Source: a bacterium UBP17_UBA6191 (lineage in GTDB: Bacteria > Muiribacteriota > UBA6191). From it: a stretch of 44,830 nt of DNA. The position numbers were made by a program, and so were the translations under genes. Numbering within the stretch: position 1 is the first letter of the stretch; every line of letters begins with the position of its first letter. The stretch spans positions 1 to 44,830 of the forward strand of contig DITF01000020.1 of assembly GCA_002422125.1 (NCBI GenBank), in the 5' to 3' direction. Positions 17,201 through 24,344 of this stretch are shown here, one piece after another. Under the pieces are notes generated by a model. That model was given only the letters and a program-made list of their open reading frames with translations, was not told where the DNA came from and ran no database searches.

Positions 17201-17234
17201 AGTAACGAACACCTATTTTAGTGAGCGTGACCAT
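14205..17234 (-). CDS. Heavy-metal efflux RND permease (pump 3), CusA-like TM4 variant
   Basis: 1009 aa with the ATG at 17234. TM4 reads LTIAIGALVDDAIVFVEN (AxG type). The contexts corresponding to the CusA Met triad read TIEMSTIPG, DETMTEIE and RIDHILSG, so His replaces the third Met in my by-eye alignment. Confidence 0.9.
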   Translation of the reverse strand: MVTLTKIGVRYWGLMLIIALSLLGPGLFMVLKMPVDVLPELSSPSVTILTEAHQMGPEAVELQVSLPIETALQGLSHLRRLRSASGVGLSMIVAEFDWSISEKEARLQVMERLQTIASILPDGVDSPLMTPPSSIMGEIIFLGITTEDKDLVRARQFADTILRPRLLAVAGVSQITALGSGDRAIQVELDPLKLQHHQIQAHEVMEKIKEADGTATAGYMVQGAQAFLVRSLGRSANVTHFESLWIKDGLRLKDLAQVSYAETRPIGLGSVATEPAIILAVGRQPQANTIEVSEAVTKSLAQLQLPEGLKLHTDLFRQEHFIRAALDSLKQALTEGSFLVVLIVVIGLQSFRSSLICLLALPLSLISALLMLSLLGVSINTMTLGGLTIAIGALVDDAIVFVENAVRRLNEGGVEKSRGELISESLSQVASSIIYATAIIVVVFLPLFFLSGIEGKLFQPLGFSYVIALVASLFVALFLTPAFIYCLGLRVKAQSMSLAARVVQRLHDPALSLTMRFPVPVLVVGLLLSIFSVVYIANLGTSFLPPFREGALTIEMSTIPGTALQESDRLGRMAESVLLGLDGVLQVARRTGRASDDAHAVDETMTEIEVVLDLKNENRDSILESIRHSLQSVSGAVFNIGQPISHRIDHILSGARAMLVVAVFGEDLIHLDAFANKVKGTLEAIPDLVDVALESQGEQPELRITPHLSRLAGYGLSPHDMAEHTELLFDGIPTTQVLQGNLKIPVVVRYEKGGRQTNDLQNFPIVTAKGATTLSELADINWHRGPNRVGREDRSRRILVMANISGSDLGLAAQRVEDALMQLKPDAGIHWQLRGQFEARKIAAQKMFFTSFLSLLIVGWILHLSLGSLRLALLTLLSLPLSLAGGAFGVYYSGGIVSLASLVGFLTLLGIASRNGILLLERFRDGVASGLSHYDAVWEGTRERLLPVFMTAISTALGLLPLVLAQDKPGNEIQAPMAAVILGGLISSTILSVIVVPALWLVFHKGETK

Positions 17235-18294
17235 GATCCCCTCCCTGGCTTCCTCTAGCTAGCAAATAAAGCTGCCAAATGCCTTCAGAAACAATAAATT
17301 CGCCGGGATCAACTCCTGAGATTGCCTCAATACACTTACTCGTTTCCTCTCCAGTTTTTACCTTTCTAAGGCCAAAGTGCCCTTCACCAATATCCAAAAA
17401 AACCAAAGCTTCGGAACCTTCACGAATCAACTCCTCAGGCCTTAAGCATAACAAGGGTTTTTGCCCCGCCATCAAAGCTGTCACAGATACAACGGCCCCA
17501 GAGACCAACCACTTGTCCTCTGTTTGTAAATCAGCCACCAAGGTGGGAGGATTACCAGATTCCACCCGAAGACTACTTAAATCCACATCCCCAACCCGAA
17601 GTTTATCAACCCTATGCAGTTGCGAATAAATGGAAGGGTATAGATCAACCAAAACCTCAAAATGTCCTTGTTTTCTTAATCGATAAAGGGTTTCACCACG
17701 ATTCACCCATTTTTGTCCGACTTCTGGAACCGACTCCAAAACTCCCCGATCCTGAGAGGTGAGACTAATAGGTGCGGTTTCCAATAAGCTAGCTCCATTG
17801 GACAGCCATTGAAGATGGTCCTTTAAAATTTCCACTTTTTTTTCCCAGACCTTATGTCTGGCCAAAGAGTCCTGTATCTCCCTCTTGGACACCGATCCAT
17901 CCCGATCCAATTTTTGTAATCTCTGTAACTCTTCGGCCTCTCGCTTTAGCATAACCGTAGCCTCATGCCAGTCCGATTCCAAATCGTGATACTCCTCAAG
18001 AATTGCCGGATCGATTAGACCTAGCTCTTCACCCTTCTTTACTGCCTGTCCTGTTTTTAGATCAGAAGCATATAAAATCCCTTCCGCTGGAGCAGCAACC
18101 TCAACAAGACTTCGAGAAGAATTGCGGACTTTTCCTGGCCAGATAACCTCGGATCGTACAACCTGTTTGCGAAGCCTTCTGGTCTTAAGGCCGGCTGCAT
18201 TTTGCTGGTCCGCATTCATATCCACTACAGAAAGAAAGCTAGACTCACAAAAAGCGGATGATAAAAACACTAAAAATAAAAGCACTAGTTTCAT
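17218..18294 (-). CDS. Periplasmic adaptor (MFP 3) with a His-rich C-terminus
   Basis: The track ORF starts at 18318. I prefer the ATG at 18294 (MKLVLLFLVFLSSAFC, a signal peptide), which forms an ATGA overlap with the OMF-3 stop. It has adaptor-type coiled-coil and barrel regions. The tail is GSQGGDHGHAH. Confidence 0.8.
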   Translation of the reverse strand: MKLVLLFLVFLSSAFCESSFLSVVDMNADQQNAAGLKTRRLRKQVVRSEVIWPGKVRNSSRSLVEVAAPAEGILYASDLKTGQAVKKGEELGLIDPAILEEYHDLESDWHEATVMLKREAEELQRLQKLDRDGSVSKREIQDSLARHKVWEKKVEILKDHLQWLSNGASLLETAPISLTSQDRGVLESVPEVGQKWVNRGETLYRLRKQGHFEVLVDLYPSIYSQLHRVDKLRVGDVDLSSLRVESGNPPTLVADLQTEDKWLVSGAVVSVTALMAGQKPLLCLRPEELIREGSEALVFLDIGEGHFGLRKVKTGEETSKCIEAISGVDPGEFIVSEGIWQLYLLARGSQGGDHGHAH

Positions 18295-19445
18295 AATTTT
18301 CCCTTCCACAAGACCCACTGGATTTCCAGATTCAAGGTTTCCCTAATCTGACTGGCCTTGGCCCCAATCATTTCCTCCCAAACTTCAAGTGAATCCAGCC
18401 AATCGGTTAAAGACATTTGGCCCGATACCCATGCCTTCTGGGTCTCAAGGGCAATTTCTTTAGCTTTTTGTGCCGCTGGAATCACTTCATTCAAAGTGAA
18501 TTTGTGGGTTTCCGTATACATTTTTTCAAGCTCCCCAACCATCAAAGACTCTACAAAGGATGCCTGTTGGGACTTAAGGCTCTGAATCTGGGTTTCAATC
18601 TGAATTGCCTTAAGACCCATATCTTCCTTGTTTTTGTCTGGCAAAACAAAACCCAAGCGAAACATGGGATCCGGTCTTATGGACTTCTCTTTAATCAGGC
18701 CAAAAGAAATACTGGGATTGAACCCTGTTTCCTGTTTCAGGAGGCCTTTTTCCAGTTCCTTTTGCTCTCCAAAGAGCTCAAGAACACTCTTTTGAAGTCC
18801 CCCAAGAGATGGAATCTTCCCCCAATTTCCCAATTCCAGGGTTTTGGGAAGAACTAATCCCATATCCTTGGGAATCTCTTGGCCTAAAGCCTCGGAATAC
18901 AAAATACGGGATTTTGTTACCTGATTCCTCAGCCCCTGCAAACTGGTACCAATTAATGTCTTTTTCACCATCAGGCGTTTGGCATCCAATGGGGCACCCC
19001 ATCCAGACTGAGCCTGCTTTGAAATTTTTTTAAGAATTTCAGAAACCACAGAATAATAATCCTGCATTTCCCTAAGTTCCAGTTGGGATGTATATAAATC
19101 AATCCACAACTCTCTTAGTCTGGCTAGAGTCTGCACCTCAAGTATCTGGAAGTGGAGGGAATTTTCCTTCCCTTGAATCTGATTCTTTCGATTCAGAATT
19201 CTGGCTCTTCTTCTTGAGCCTAAAGAGTACCCGATCTCTCCTCTTAGCTCCTGTGAGGAAGTATCCTCATATTCAATTTCAAACTCTGGTGAAACCCACT
19301 CTAAAGTAGTGGTACGAAGCATTTCCGCTTGAGATTTCAGATGTTCGGTGGCAAACAATCTACTTTGTGCGGCACTTCTTGGGGGCAAACCATCTATTGC
19401 ATTTACGCGACAACAAATCAAAAGAAGCAAAAAGGGGAAAAACAT
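18291..19445 (-). CDS. TolC-family outer-membrane efflux factor (OMF 3)
   Basis: 384 aa with a signal peptide (MFFPFLLLLICCRVNAIDG). It shows OMF-like repeated helical/beta pattern. A strong SD (GGAGG) lies 5 nt upstream of the ATG. Confidence 0.75.
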   Translation of the reverse strand: MFFPFLLLLICCRVNAIDGLPPRSAAQSRLFATEHLKSQAEMLRTTTLEWVSPEFEIEYEDTSSQELRGEIGYSLGSRRRARILNRKNQIQGKENSLHFQILEVQTLARLRELWIDLYTSQLELREMQDYYSVVSEILKKISKQAQSGWGAPLDAKRLMVKKTLIGTSLQGLRNQVTKSRILYSEALGQEIPKDMGLVLPKTLELGNWGKIPSLGGLQKSVLELFGEQKELEKGLLKQETGFNPSISFGLIKEKSIRPDPMFRLGFVLPDKNKEDMGLKAIQIETQIQSLKSQQASFVESLMVGELEKMYTETHKFTLNEVIPAAQKAKEIALETQKAWVSGQMSLTDWLDSLEVWEEMIGAKASQIRETLNLEIQWVLWKGKL

Positions 19446-19503
19446 AAAAAACCTCCAGAAACGGGATAAAAGCGTTAAACCAAGGACAGGCTAAACACTT
19501 ATC

Positions 19504-19890
19504 TCAAATCAGAAGGCGAATGCTATTAAGGCTCATTAAATGCGGAAACGGGGGAGCATTGGCAAGATGCGTTGACTCCATTGGCTGAATGACCCAAACC
19601 AAGGGCTGGGGAGTTTCAGGACAGGCGGTAGCGATATCACAAAAAATCAAAAGGGTGGGCAGCAAAAACTGGGATGCCACTTTTAAGACTATCTGAGAAC
19701 CCTCTGATTCGCTCTCCCCATCCTGATGACCATGATGATCATGGTGATGGGCTGCACCCAGATGCTCATGCCAGCCAAAATAGTCACAATGATGTCTTAA
19801 AGCTACAGGGAAGGCCTGAACCACTAACAGAATCAAGACCAAAAATCTGGCCAATAAGTGGGTTTGGGGTCGTCTTCGCAAAGGCATCAT
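19504..19890 (-). CDS. Small His-rich signal-anchored protein, first gene of the pump-3 operon (CzcI-like)
   Basis: 128 aa with an N-terminal hydrophobic segment (LLARFLVLILLVVQAFPVA). RHHCDYFGWHEHLGAAHHHDHHGHQ has 10 His in 25 residues. An acidic stretch and a hydrophobic segment follow, and the C-terminus is SIRLLI. The size, position and His-rich region recall CzcI of czc determinants, from memory and unverified. Confidence 0.55.
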   Translation of the reverse strand: MMPLRRRPQTHLLARFLVLILLVVQAFPVALRHHCDYFGWHEHLGAAHHHDHHGHQDGESESEGSQIVLKVASQFLLPTLLIFCDIATACPETPQPLVWVIQPMESTHLANAPPFPHLMSLNSIRLLI

Positions 19891-19899
19891 GGAAGATTT

Positions 19900-19928
19900 A
19901 TCTTAGCACACAGATTTGGTTCCTGCAA
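19900..19928 (-). promoter_or_regulatory. Candidate promoter of the pump-3 operon
   Basis: On the minus strand: TTGCAG (19928-19923), a 17-nt spacer, TAAGAT (19905-19900), 9 nt, then ATG at 19890. It overlaps the divergent antiporter promoter. Confidence 0.4.
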
Positions 19929-19944
19929 TCACAGATGCTATACT
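19916..19944 (+). promoter_or_regulatory. Candidate promoter of the CaCA antiporter gene
   Basis: TTGGTT (19916-19921), a 17-nt spacer, TATACT (19939-19944), 10 nt, then ATG at 19955. Confidence 0.4.
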
Positions 19945-19954
19945 CTCCCTTCCT

Positions 19955-20908
19955 ATGACAATATATTTTTTATGGCTGGTTCTTAGTCTGGTAATTTTGA
20001 GTTTTGGCGCAGATTTTTTGGTGCGGGGAGCCGGGGCTATTGCGCTTAGAGTAGGCATTACCCCTCTAGTGGTCGGGTTAACCATTGTGGCTTTTGGTAC
20101 CAGTGCCCCTGAGCTTGTAGTGAGTATAAATGCCTCCATTCATGATCAGGGAGCCATGGCGATAGGTAATATTGTGGGGTCCAACATCTTCAATATTGCC
20201 GTAATTCTGGGGATGGCTGCCTTGGTTTCCCCACTTTTGGTGAAACCCCAGCTTGTGAAGTTTGATACCCCCTTGTGTATTTTTGTGACTATCCTTTTTA
20301 GTGCTATGTTTCATGACCAGTTCATGAGTCGCATTGAGGGGGGAATTCTTTTTTCTGGGCTGATTTCTTACACCGTATACTCAATTGTAAAATCTCGCAA
20401 AGAGACGGCAATAGCCAAAGCCGAAGCCGAAGCTTTAGGTGAGGATTTGCCAGAACCCTCCAATAACCCCATTCGAGACATTGGTTTTATTGCCCTTGGG
20501 GGCTTAGGCCTCTGGTATGGGGGCGAGATGCTGGTGAAAAACGCTGTTTTAATTGCTCAGGGTTTTGGGGTCAGTGAGGCCATCATTGGCTTAACCATTG
20601 TCTCCGCCGGAACCAGCGCACCAGAATTGGCAACTTCAGTGGTAGCTTCATTTCAAAAGCAGACTGATATTGCTGTGGGTAATATTGTGGGCTCCAATCT
20701 GTTTAACATTTTATCCGTGGTTGGTTTGGCTTCACTGATTAATCCCATTTCAGCGGTTGGAATTAACTTAAGTGACATTTTAGTCATGAATGGTTTAACC
20801 ATTCTGCTTCTGGTTCTGATGATGCGAGGTTATCGTCTGTTTCGAGGCGAGGGCTTTTTGCTTCTAGCCATTTATGGCGGGTATCTTTATTACCTTTGGC
20901 CCAAATAG
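19955..20908 (+). CDS. CaCA-family cation/Ca2+ antiporter (YrbG-like)
   Basis: Two alpha-repeat signatures are present: GTSAPELVVS and GTSAPELATS. There are about 10 TM helices. The track start at 19916 is a TTG. I prefer the ATG at 19955 (MTIYFLWLVLSLVILSFGADFLVRGAGAIA), which gives the typical family N-terminus. Confidence 0.85.
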   Translation: MTIYFLWLVLSLVILSFGADFLVRGAGAIALRVGITPLVVGLTIVAFGTSAPELVVSINASIHDQGAMAIGNIVGSNIFNIAVILGMAALVSPLLVKPQLVKFDTPLCIFVTILFSAMFHDQFMSRIEGGILFSGLISYTVYSIVKSRKETAIAKAEAEALGEDLPEPSNNPIRDIGFIALGGLGLWYGGEMLVKNAVLIAQGFGVSEAIIGLTIVSAGTSAPELATSVVASFQKQTDIAVGNIVGSNLFNILSVVGLASLINPISAVGINLSDILVMNGLTILLLVLMMRGYRLFRGEGFLLLAIYGGYLYYLWPK

Positions 20909-22261
20909 TTAATCTACGGCAATTCCATGTAGCTTGCGATAAAGCCTCACGGCATAGGAGTCCGTCATTCCAGCAATATAATCGGTAATGCGGTGCAATT
21001 TTTCATAGGCCGTATGGGCTAAACCAATGTCCTCCATAAATTGACCCGGTATCAGGCGTAACACCAACTGATGTTTATGATGGTTATAGTTTTGTTTATC
21101 CGTGTGAAAACAGACCGCAGGCACAAAAATATCTAAAAGCCCACTAATAATCGTAAAACCAGCCAGCTTCAAATTCACAACCTCTGGGGATGTGTAGATG
21201 TTTTGATGAGCATATTCAAACATTTGCTTTAAAAGAGCCTGAGATGGCATTAAAGCCGTCAAAGGTTGATCCATTTCCGCCTTCAATAACCCTTCTTCAT
21301 GCTCAAGAAACACTTCCGATATCTCTTTAACCAACTGGCCAATGGCCTTGCCTGCCAGATGCTCAATTTTATCTTTGTTATCGGAAAAATTACGGATCTC
21401 TTTTCTGATGATTTGACCCCGGTCCTTAAGAATATCCAATAAAAAATCACGGATTTTTTCATAGGGAACAAGTCCTAAGCGAAACCCATCCTGAAGATCG
21501 GCAATGGTGTAGCTGATATCATCCGCAGCTTCCACTAAAAATACCAATGGATGCCGTGCATAGGACTCTTTGGCAACAGTTTCCAACAACCCACAACCTT
21601 GAACCACTTCCAAAAAATCATCAGCTTCGGTTTCAAAATAATTGTATTTCTTGTGGCTGATTCTTCGTTTATCACAAGCATCCAGAAAGGCCCGTCTCGG
21701 GTACTTCAAAAATGCTCCCAAGGTGGCATGAGTCAATTGCAGCCCACCAAAACGATCTGAGCCGCGATTGTGTTTCTGTAAGGTACAAAGCACACGAAAA
21801 CCCTGAGCATTGCCCTCAAAATTCTGAAACTCAGCTTTCTGATTCTGGCTTAACCCAGCCAAGGCCTCCTGATTCTCAGGCTTTTTAAACCAGGCTGATA
21901 TGGCATCTTCCCCGGAATGCCCAAAGGGGGGATTGCCAATGTCATGGGCTAGGCAAGCAGCCGCGACAATCTCTCCAAAATAATAGGGGTGTAGTTCTGA
22001 AAACCCATACTTGTTTTTTAAGGCCGTCCCTATGTTAAAAGCCAAGGAACGACCAACACTGGACACCTCCAGAGAGTGTGTCAATCTGGTACGAACATAG
22101 TCATTTTTGGCTAGTGGAAAGACCTGTGTTTTATCCTGTAATCGCCTTAAGGCTGAGCAAAAAATGATTCTGTCAAAGTCCCTTTGAAATGGAGAACGAA
22201 AATCCCCATCAGGGCCAGAGCTTCCTAATCGGGTTGCACTTAAGAGAGATTTCCATTCCAT
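20909..22261 (-). CDS. dgt: dGTP triphosphohydrolase-like HD-domain protein
   Basis: 450 aa. RSPFQRDFDRIIFCSALRRLQDKTQVF, THSLEVSSVGR and HDIGNPPFGHSGE are HD-domain/dGTPase-family motifs. The stop directly abuts the stop of the convergent antiporter gene. Confidence 0.85.
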   Translation of the reverse strand: MEWKSLLSATRLGSSGPDGDFRSPFQRDFDRIIFCSALRRLQDKTQVFPLAKNDYVRTRLTHSLEVSSVGRSLAFNIGTALKNKYGFSELHPYYFGEIVAAACLAHDIGNPPFGHSGEDAISAWFKKPENQEALAGLSQNQKAEFQNFEGNAQGFRVLCTLQKHNRGSDRFGGLQLTHATLGAFLKYPRRAFLDACDKRRISHKKYNYFETEADDFLEVVQGCGLLETVAKESYARHPLVFLVEAADDISYTIADLQDGFRLGLVPYEKIRDFLLDILKDRGQIIRKEIRNFSDNKDKIEHLAGKAIGQLVKEISEVFLEHEEGLLKAEMDQPLTALMPSQALLKQMFEYAHQNIYTSPEVVNLKLAGFTIISGLLDIFVPAVCFHTDKQNYNHHKHQLVLRLIPGQFMEDIGLAHTAYEKLHRITDYIAGMTDSYAVRLYRKLHGIAVD

Positions 22262-22290
22262 CTGAACTTCCCTATGGCATTAAATACCAA

Positions 22291-22319
22291 TTGTCACAAT
22301 AGTCACGAAATGATAGAAT
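22291..22319 (+). promoter_or_regulatory. Candidate promoter of ORF 22339..22914
   Basis: TTGTCA (22291-22296), a 17-nt spacer, TAGAAT (22314-22319), then a 19-nt leader containing GGGGG. Confidence 0.4.
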
Positions 22320-22338
22320 TGTTTCTGGGGGTTTATCT

Positions 22339-22914
22339 ATGCGATTTTTGCCTATGGCATTCTACTTGACTCTGATTTGCTTGCCAATCCTGTCTGCATC
22401 AGAAAATATAGTTCCTCAAGAGCCAATACAATTTGTCAAAATTGTACGGACCAATTTGTCCTCAGAGGGAGTGTATTCTCCCCTGACAGAAAAGGCCCCA
22501 GAAAATATGCCCTCCGTCAGTGACTTCATTCATGAAACGGGCACAATCTCCCTGACCCTGTTAGAAGAAGATCTGGAAATTCGTATCAGTGGAATTTTAG
22601 AATTCTCTTCCAAAACCAGCCCTGTCAGCGACCACGCTTTTGACTTGCACAGCCTCGGAGACGAATATCTATACAGTGATATATTGCCTGGAACCAATAT
22701 ACCCATACTTGTCTCCATCGAAAGCTTGGACGGTTCCTCCATTATGAGCGGATATTACAATCTGTCAGCGGCCTTAGTCTCTAAAACAAAAAGCCCTAAA
22801 TTTAAGGTTCACTACGAACTGACTTATCGTATCCCCTTAGGTGAAGAGACCGATGGGATTGAAGATAATAACGATTTAAAGGTCAGTATTCAGCCCGTAT
22901 CCATTCAGCCTTAG
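22339..22914 (+). CDS. Hypothetical secreted protein
   Basis: 191 aa with a signal peptide (MAFYLTLICLPILSASEN). I see no recognisable motif. A good promoter, TTGTCA-17-TAGAAT, lies at 22291..22319. Confidence 0.5.
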   Translation: MRFLPMAFYLTLICLPILSASENIVPQEPIQFVKIVRTNLSSEGVYSPLTEKAPENMPSVSDFIHETGTISLTLLEEDLEIRISGILEFSSKTSPVSDHAFDLHSLGDEYLYSDILPGTNIPILVSIESLDGSSIMSGYYNLSAALVSKTKSPKFKVHYELTYRIPLGEETDGIEDNNDLKVSIQPVSIQP

Positions 22915-22918
22915 TAGC

Positions 22919-24334
22919 TTAGTGAGTCTCCACAAGCTGAATCTCCGCTTCTACAAAATCTTTTGTATGCGCAAGCTGGGATTGAAAGGACTCCACCATT
23001 CCATGAATGGCTAAATCAAGATTTTGTTTATCGCTTTGCCAGTTAAGAATCTGGGAATCTGCATCACCTAAGGCCTTGGCGACTCGACCCCCTAATGCCC
23101 GTCTCTGATCATAAAGCTTTTCCGATTCCAACTGCCTTTGAACCAGAATCTTCAACTCCACAATTTTTTCTGAAAAACGATTCTCAAGTTTGTTCAAAAG
23201 CCCCGTCACCATGTTGGCATCCTGAATCAAAGAGTCCATGGCCTGAATCCGACTTTGTAAGGGAGCGATCTGAGCTTCCATGTCCGTAGCCTTAAGCACA
23301 CGGATGTCACGAATCAATTTTTCCATGTCCTGTTTAGCCTGAATGGACTCCTGAATCCTGTTGCGAATCCGGTTCTTTTTTTCCTTCAAAAAAGTCTCAA
23401 GGCGCAACTCCCAAAATCGTAACAGGTTGGCCGGGGTTAAAACATACCCAGCTAACTTATCGCGTTTCTCCACCCTGATATAAGAATCGGGCTCCATCAG
23501 TTTTTCTCTGTATCGGCGCATATTTAATCCAGCCCCGACACAGCCCCCAAACACGGCCCCAAATCCTCCACCTAGCATATACATTATGGCTGTAGCCCAA
23601 TTTGCCTGTATCTCGGCGACAATCGCAGAAATAACGGGTAAAAACAATAAGCTGGCAAAACCCAAAAAAAAGCCCACCCCGCCCATTGCCAGAGCCAAGG
23701 CCACTGAGCCCGTGATAACCGCCATAATCGGCCATACCATCAAACCAGCCGGCCCCACCATAAGACCAAGCATAAATCCAGTGGGAACACCCACCATTAC
23801 GCCTTTACGAATCCCCGCTTCCTGAAGTTTTGGAGCCATGGCCTGCACAGCTTCTTCGACCTCATCTTCAATCAGACGATTGCGAAAATCCTCCAGCTCC
23901 AGTTCCCAGTTTTTATGGGCCACTTCCATCAGAAGTTTTCTACATTCCGGATCCATGGTTTTAGAGATTACTCTGGATGTATACCCAGCCTGCATATCTT
24001 CCACAGTCTCAGGCAGAAATTCTGACTGGTTTAACTCCAAAGCCTGCAAAAGACTCCTCATTCCCTCCAGTGCCTTACGGCTATCCAGTTTGTCCTCCAT
24101 GTGCTCCCGTACATCATGAATAAACCTGTCCAGATCAAACTCCCCGGGCAGGGGCTGTTTTTTGGAAAGCTCCCGTACCTCAGTCTGAATACGGGCGAAT
24201 TGTTCCCGATCCATCTGAAGCCAGGGATAAAGACGACGAACCAGTTCTCGCTCTGTATCGTCTACGGTCAAATCACGATATACCTCTCTTAAGAGGCGGC
24301 GCAGTACAAATTCTTTGATGGGAGCTGGAACCAT
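22919..24334 (-). CDS. Hypothetical membrane protein: N-terminal helical domain (weakly TerB-like), Gly-zipper TM cluster and C-terminal coiled coil
   Basis: The track ORF starts at 24406. I prefer the ATG at 24334 (MVPAPIKEF...), 10 nt after the MFS stop. The segment LTVDDTERELVRRLYPWLQMDREQFARI lies in the N-terminal domain. The TM region is Gly-rich (GVMVGVPTGFMLGLMVGPAGLMVW...GGGFGAVFGGCVGAGL). About 170 aa of heptad-like coiled coil follow. Confidence 0.6.
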   Translation of the reverse strand: MVPAPIKEFVLRRLLREVYRDLTVDDTERELVRRLYPWLQMDREQFARIQTEVRELSKKQPLPGEFDLDRFIHDVREHMEDKLDSRKALEGMRSLLQALELNQSEFLPETVEDMQAGYTSRVISKTMDPECRKLLMEVAHKNWELELEDFRNRLIEDEVEEAVQAMAPKLQEAGIRKGVMVGVPTGFMLGLMVGPAGLMVWPIMAVITGSVALALAMGGVGFFLGFASLLFLPVISAIVAEIQANWATAIMYMLGGGFGAVFGGCVGAGLNMRRYREKLMEPDSYIRVEKRDKLAGYVLTPANLLRFWELRLETFLKEKKNRIRNRIQESIQAKQDMEKLIRDIRVLKATDMEAQIAPLQSRIQAMDSLIQDANMVTGLLNKLENRFSEKIVELKILVQRQLESEKLYDQRRALGGRVAKALGDADSQILNWQSDKQNLDLAIHGMVESFQSQLAHTKDFVEAEIQLVETH

Positions 24335-24344
24335 GAAAGAAATT

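Noticed and set aside
20909-22261. dGTPase-like gene as an anti-phage dNTP-depletion defence gene
   Set aside because: The sequence looks like the widespread housekeeping dGTPase-like HD family. It has a conventional SD-led start and no flanking mobility or defence signature that I can see. I cannot distinguish defence from housekeeping paralogues without phylogeny, so it is mentioned only as context.
22302-22310. 9-mer GTCACGAAA shared between the 22.3-kb spacer and the 44.5-kb spacer (44494-44502), as a possible common operator
   Set aside because: At 22.3 kb, the TGTCA element is explained as the -35 of a good TTGTCA-17-TAGAAT promoter. A single shared 9-mer between two spacers is within chance expectation, and I saw no further copies.
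22880-22914. Mini tandem repeat encoding SIQPVSIQP at the end of ORF 22339..22914
   Set aside because: It is only two short copies at a C-terminus. This is too small to interpret, and it is probably a chance or slippage duplication.
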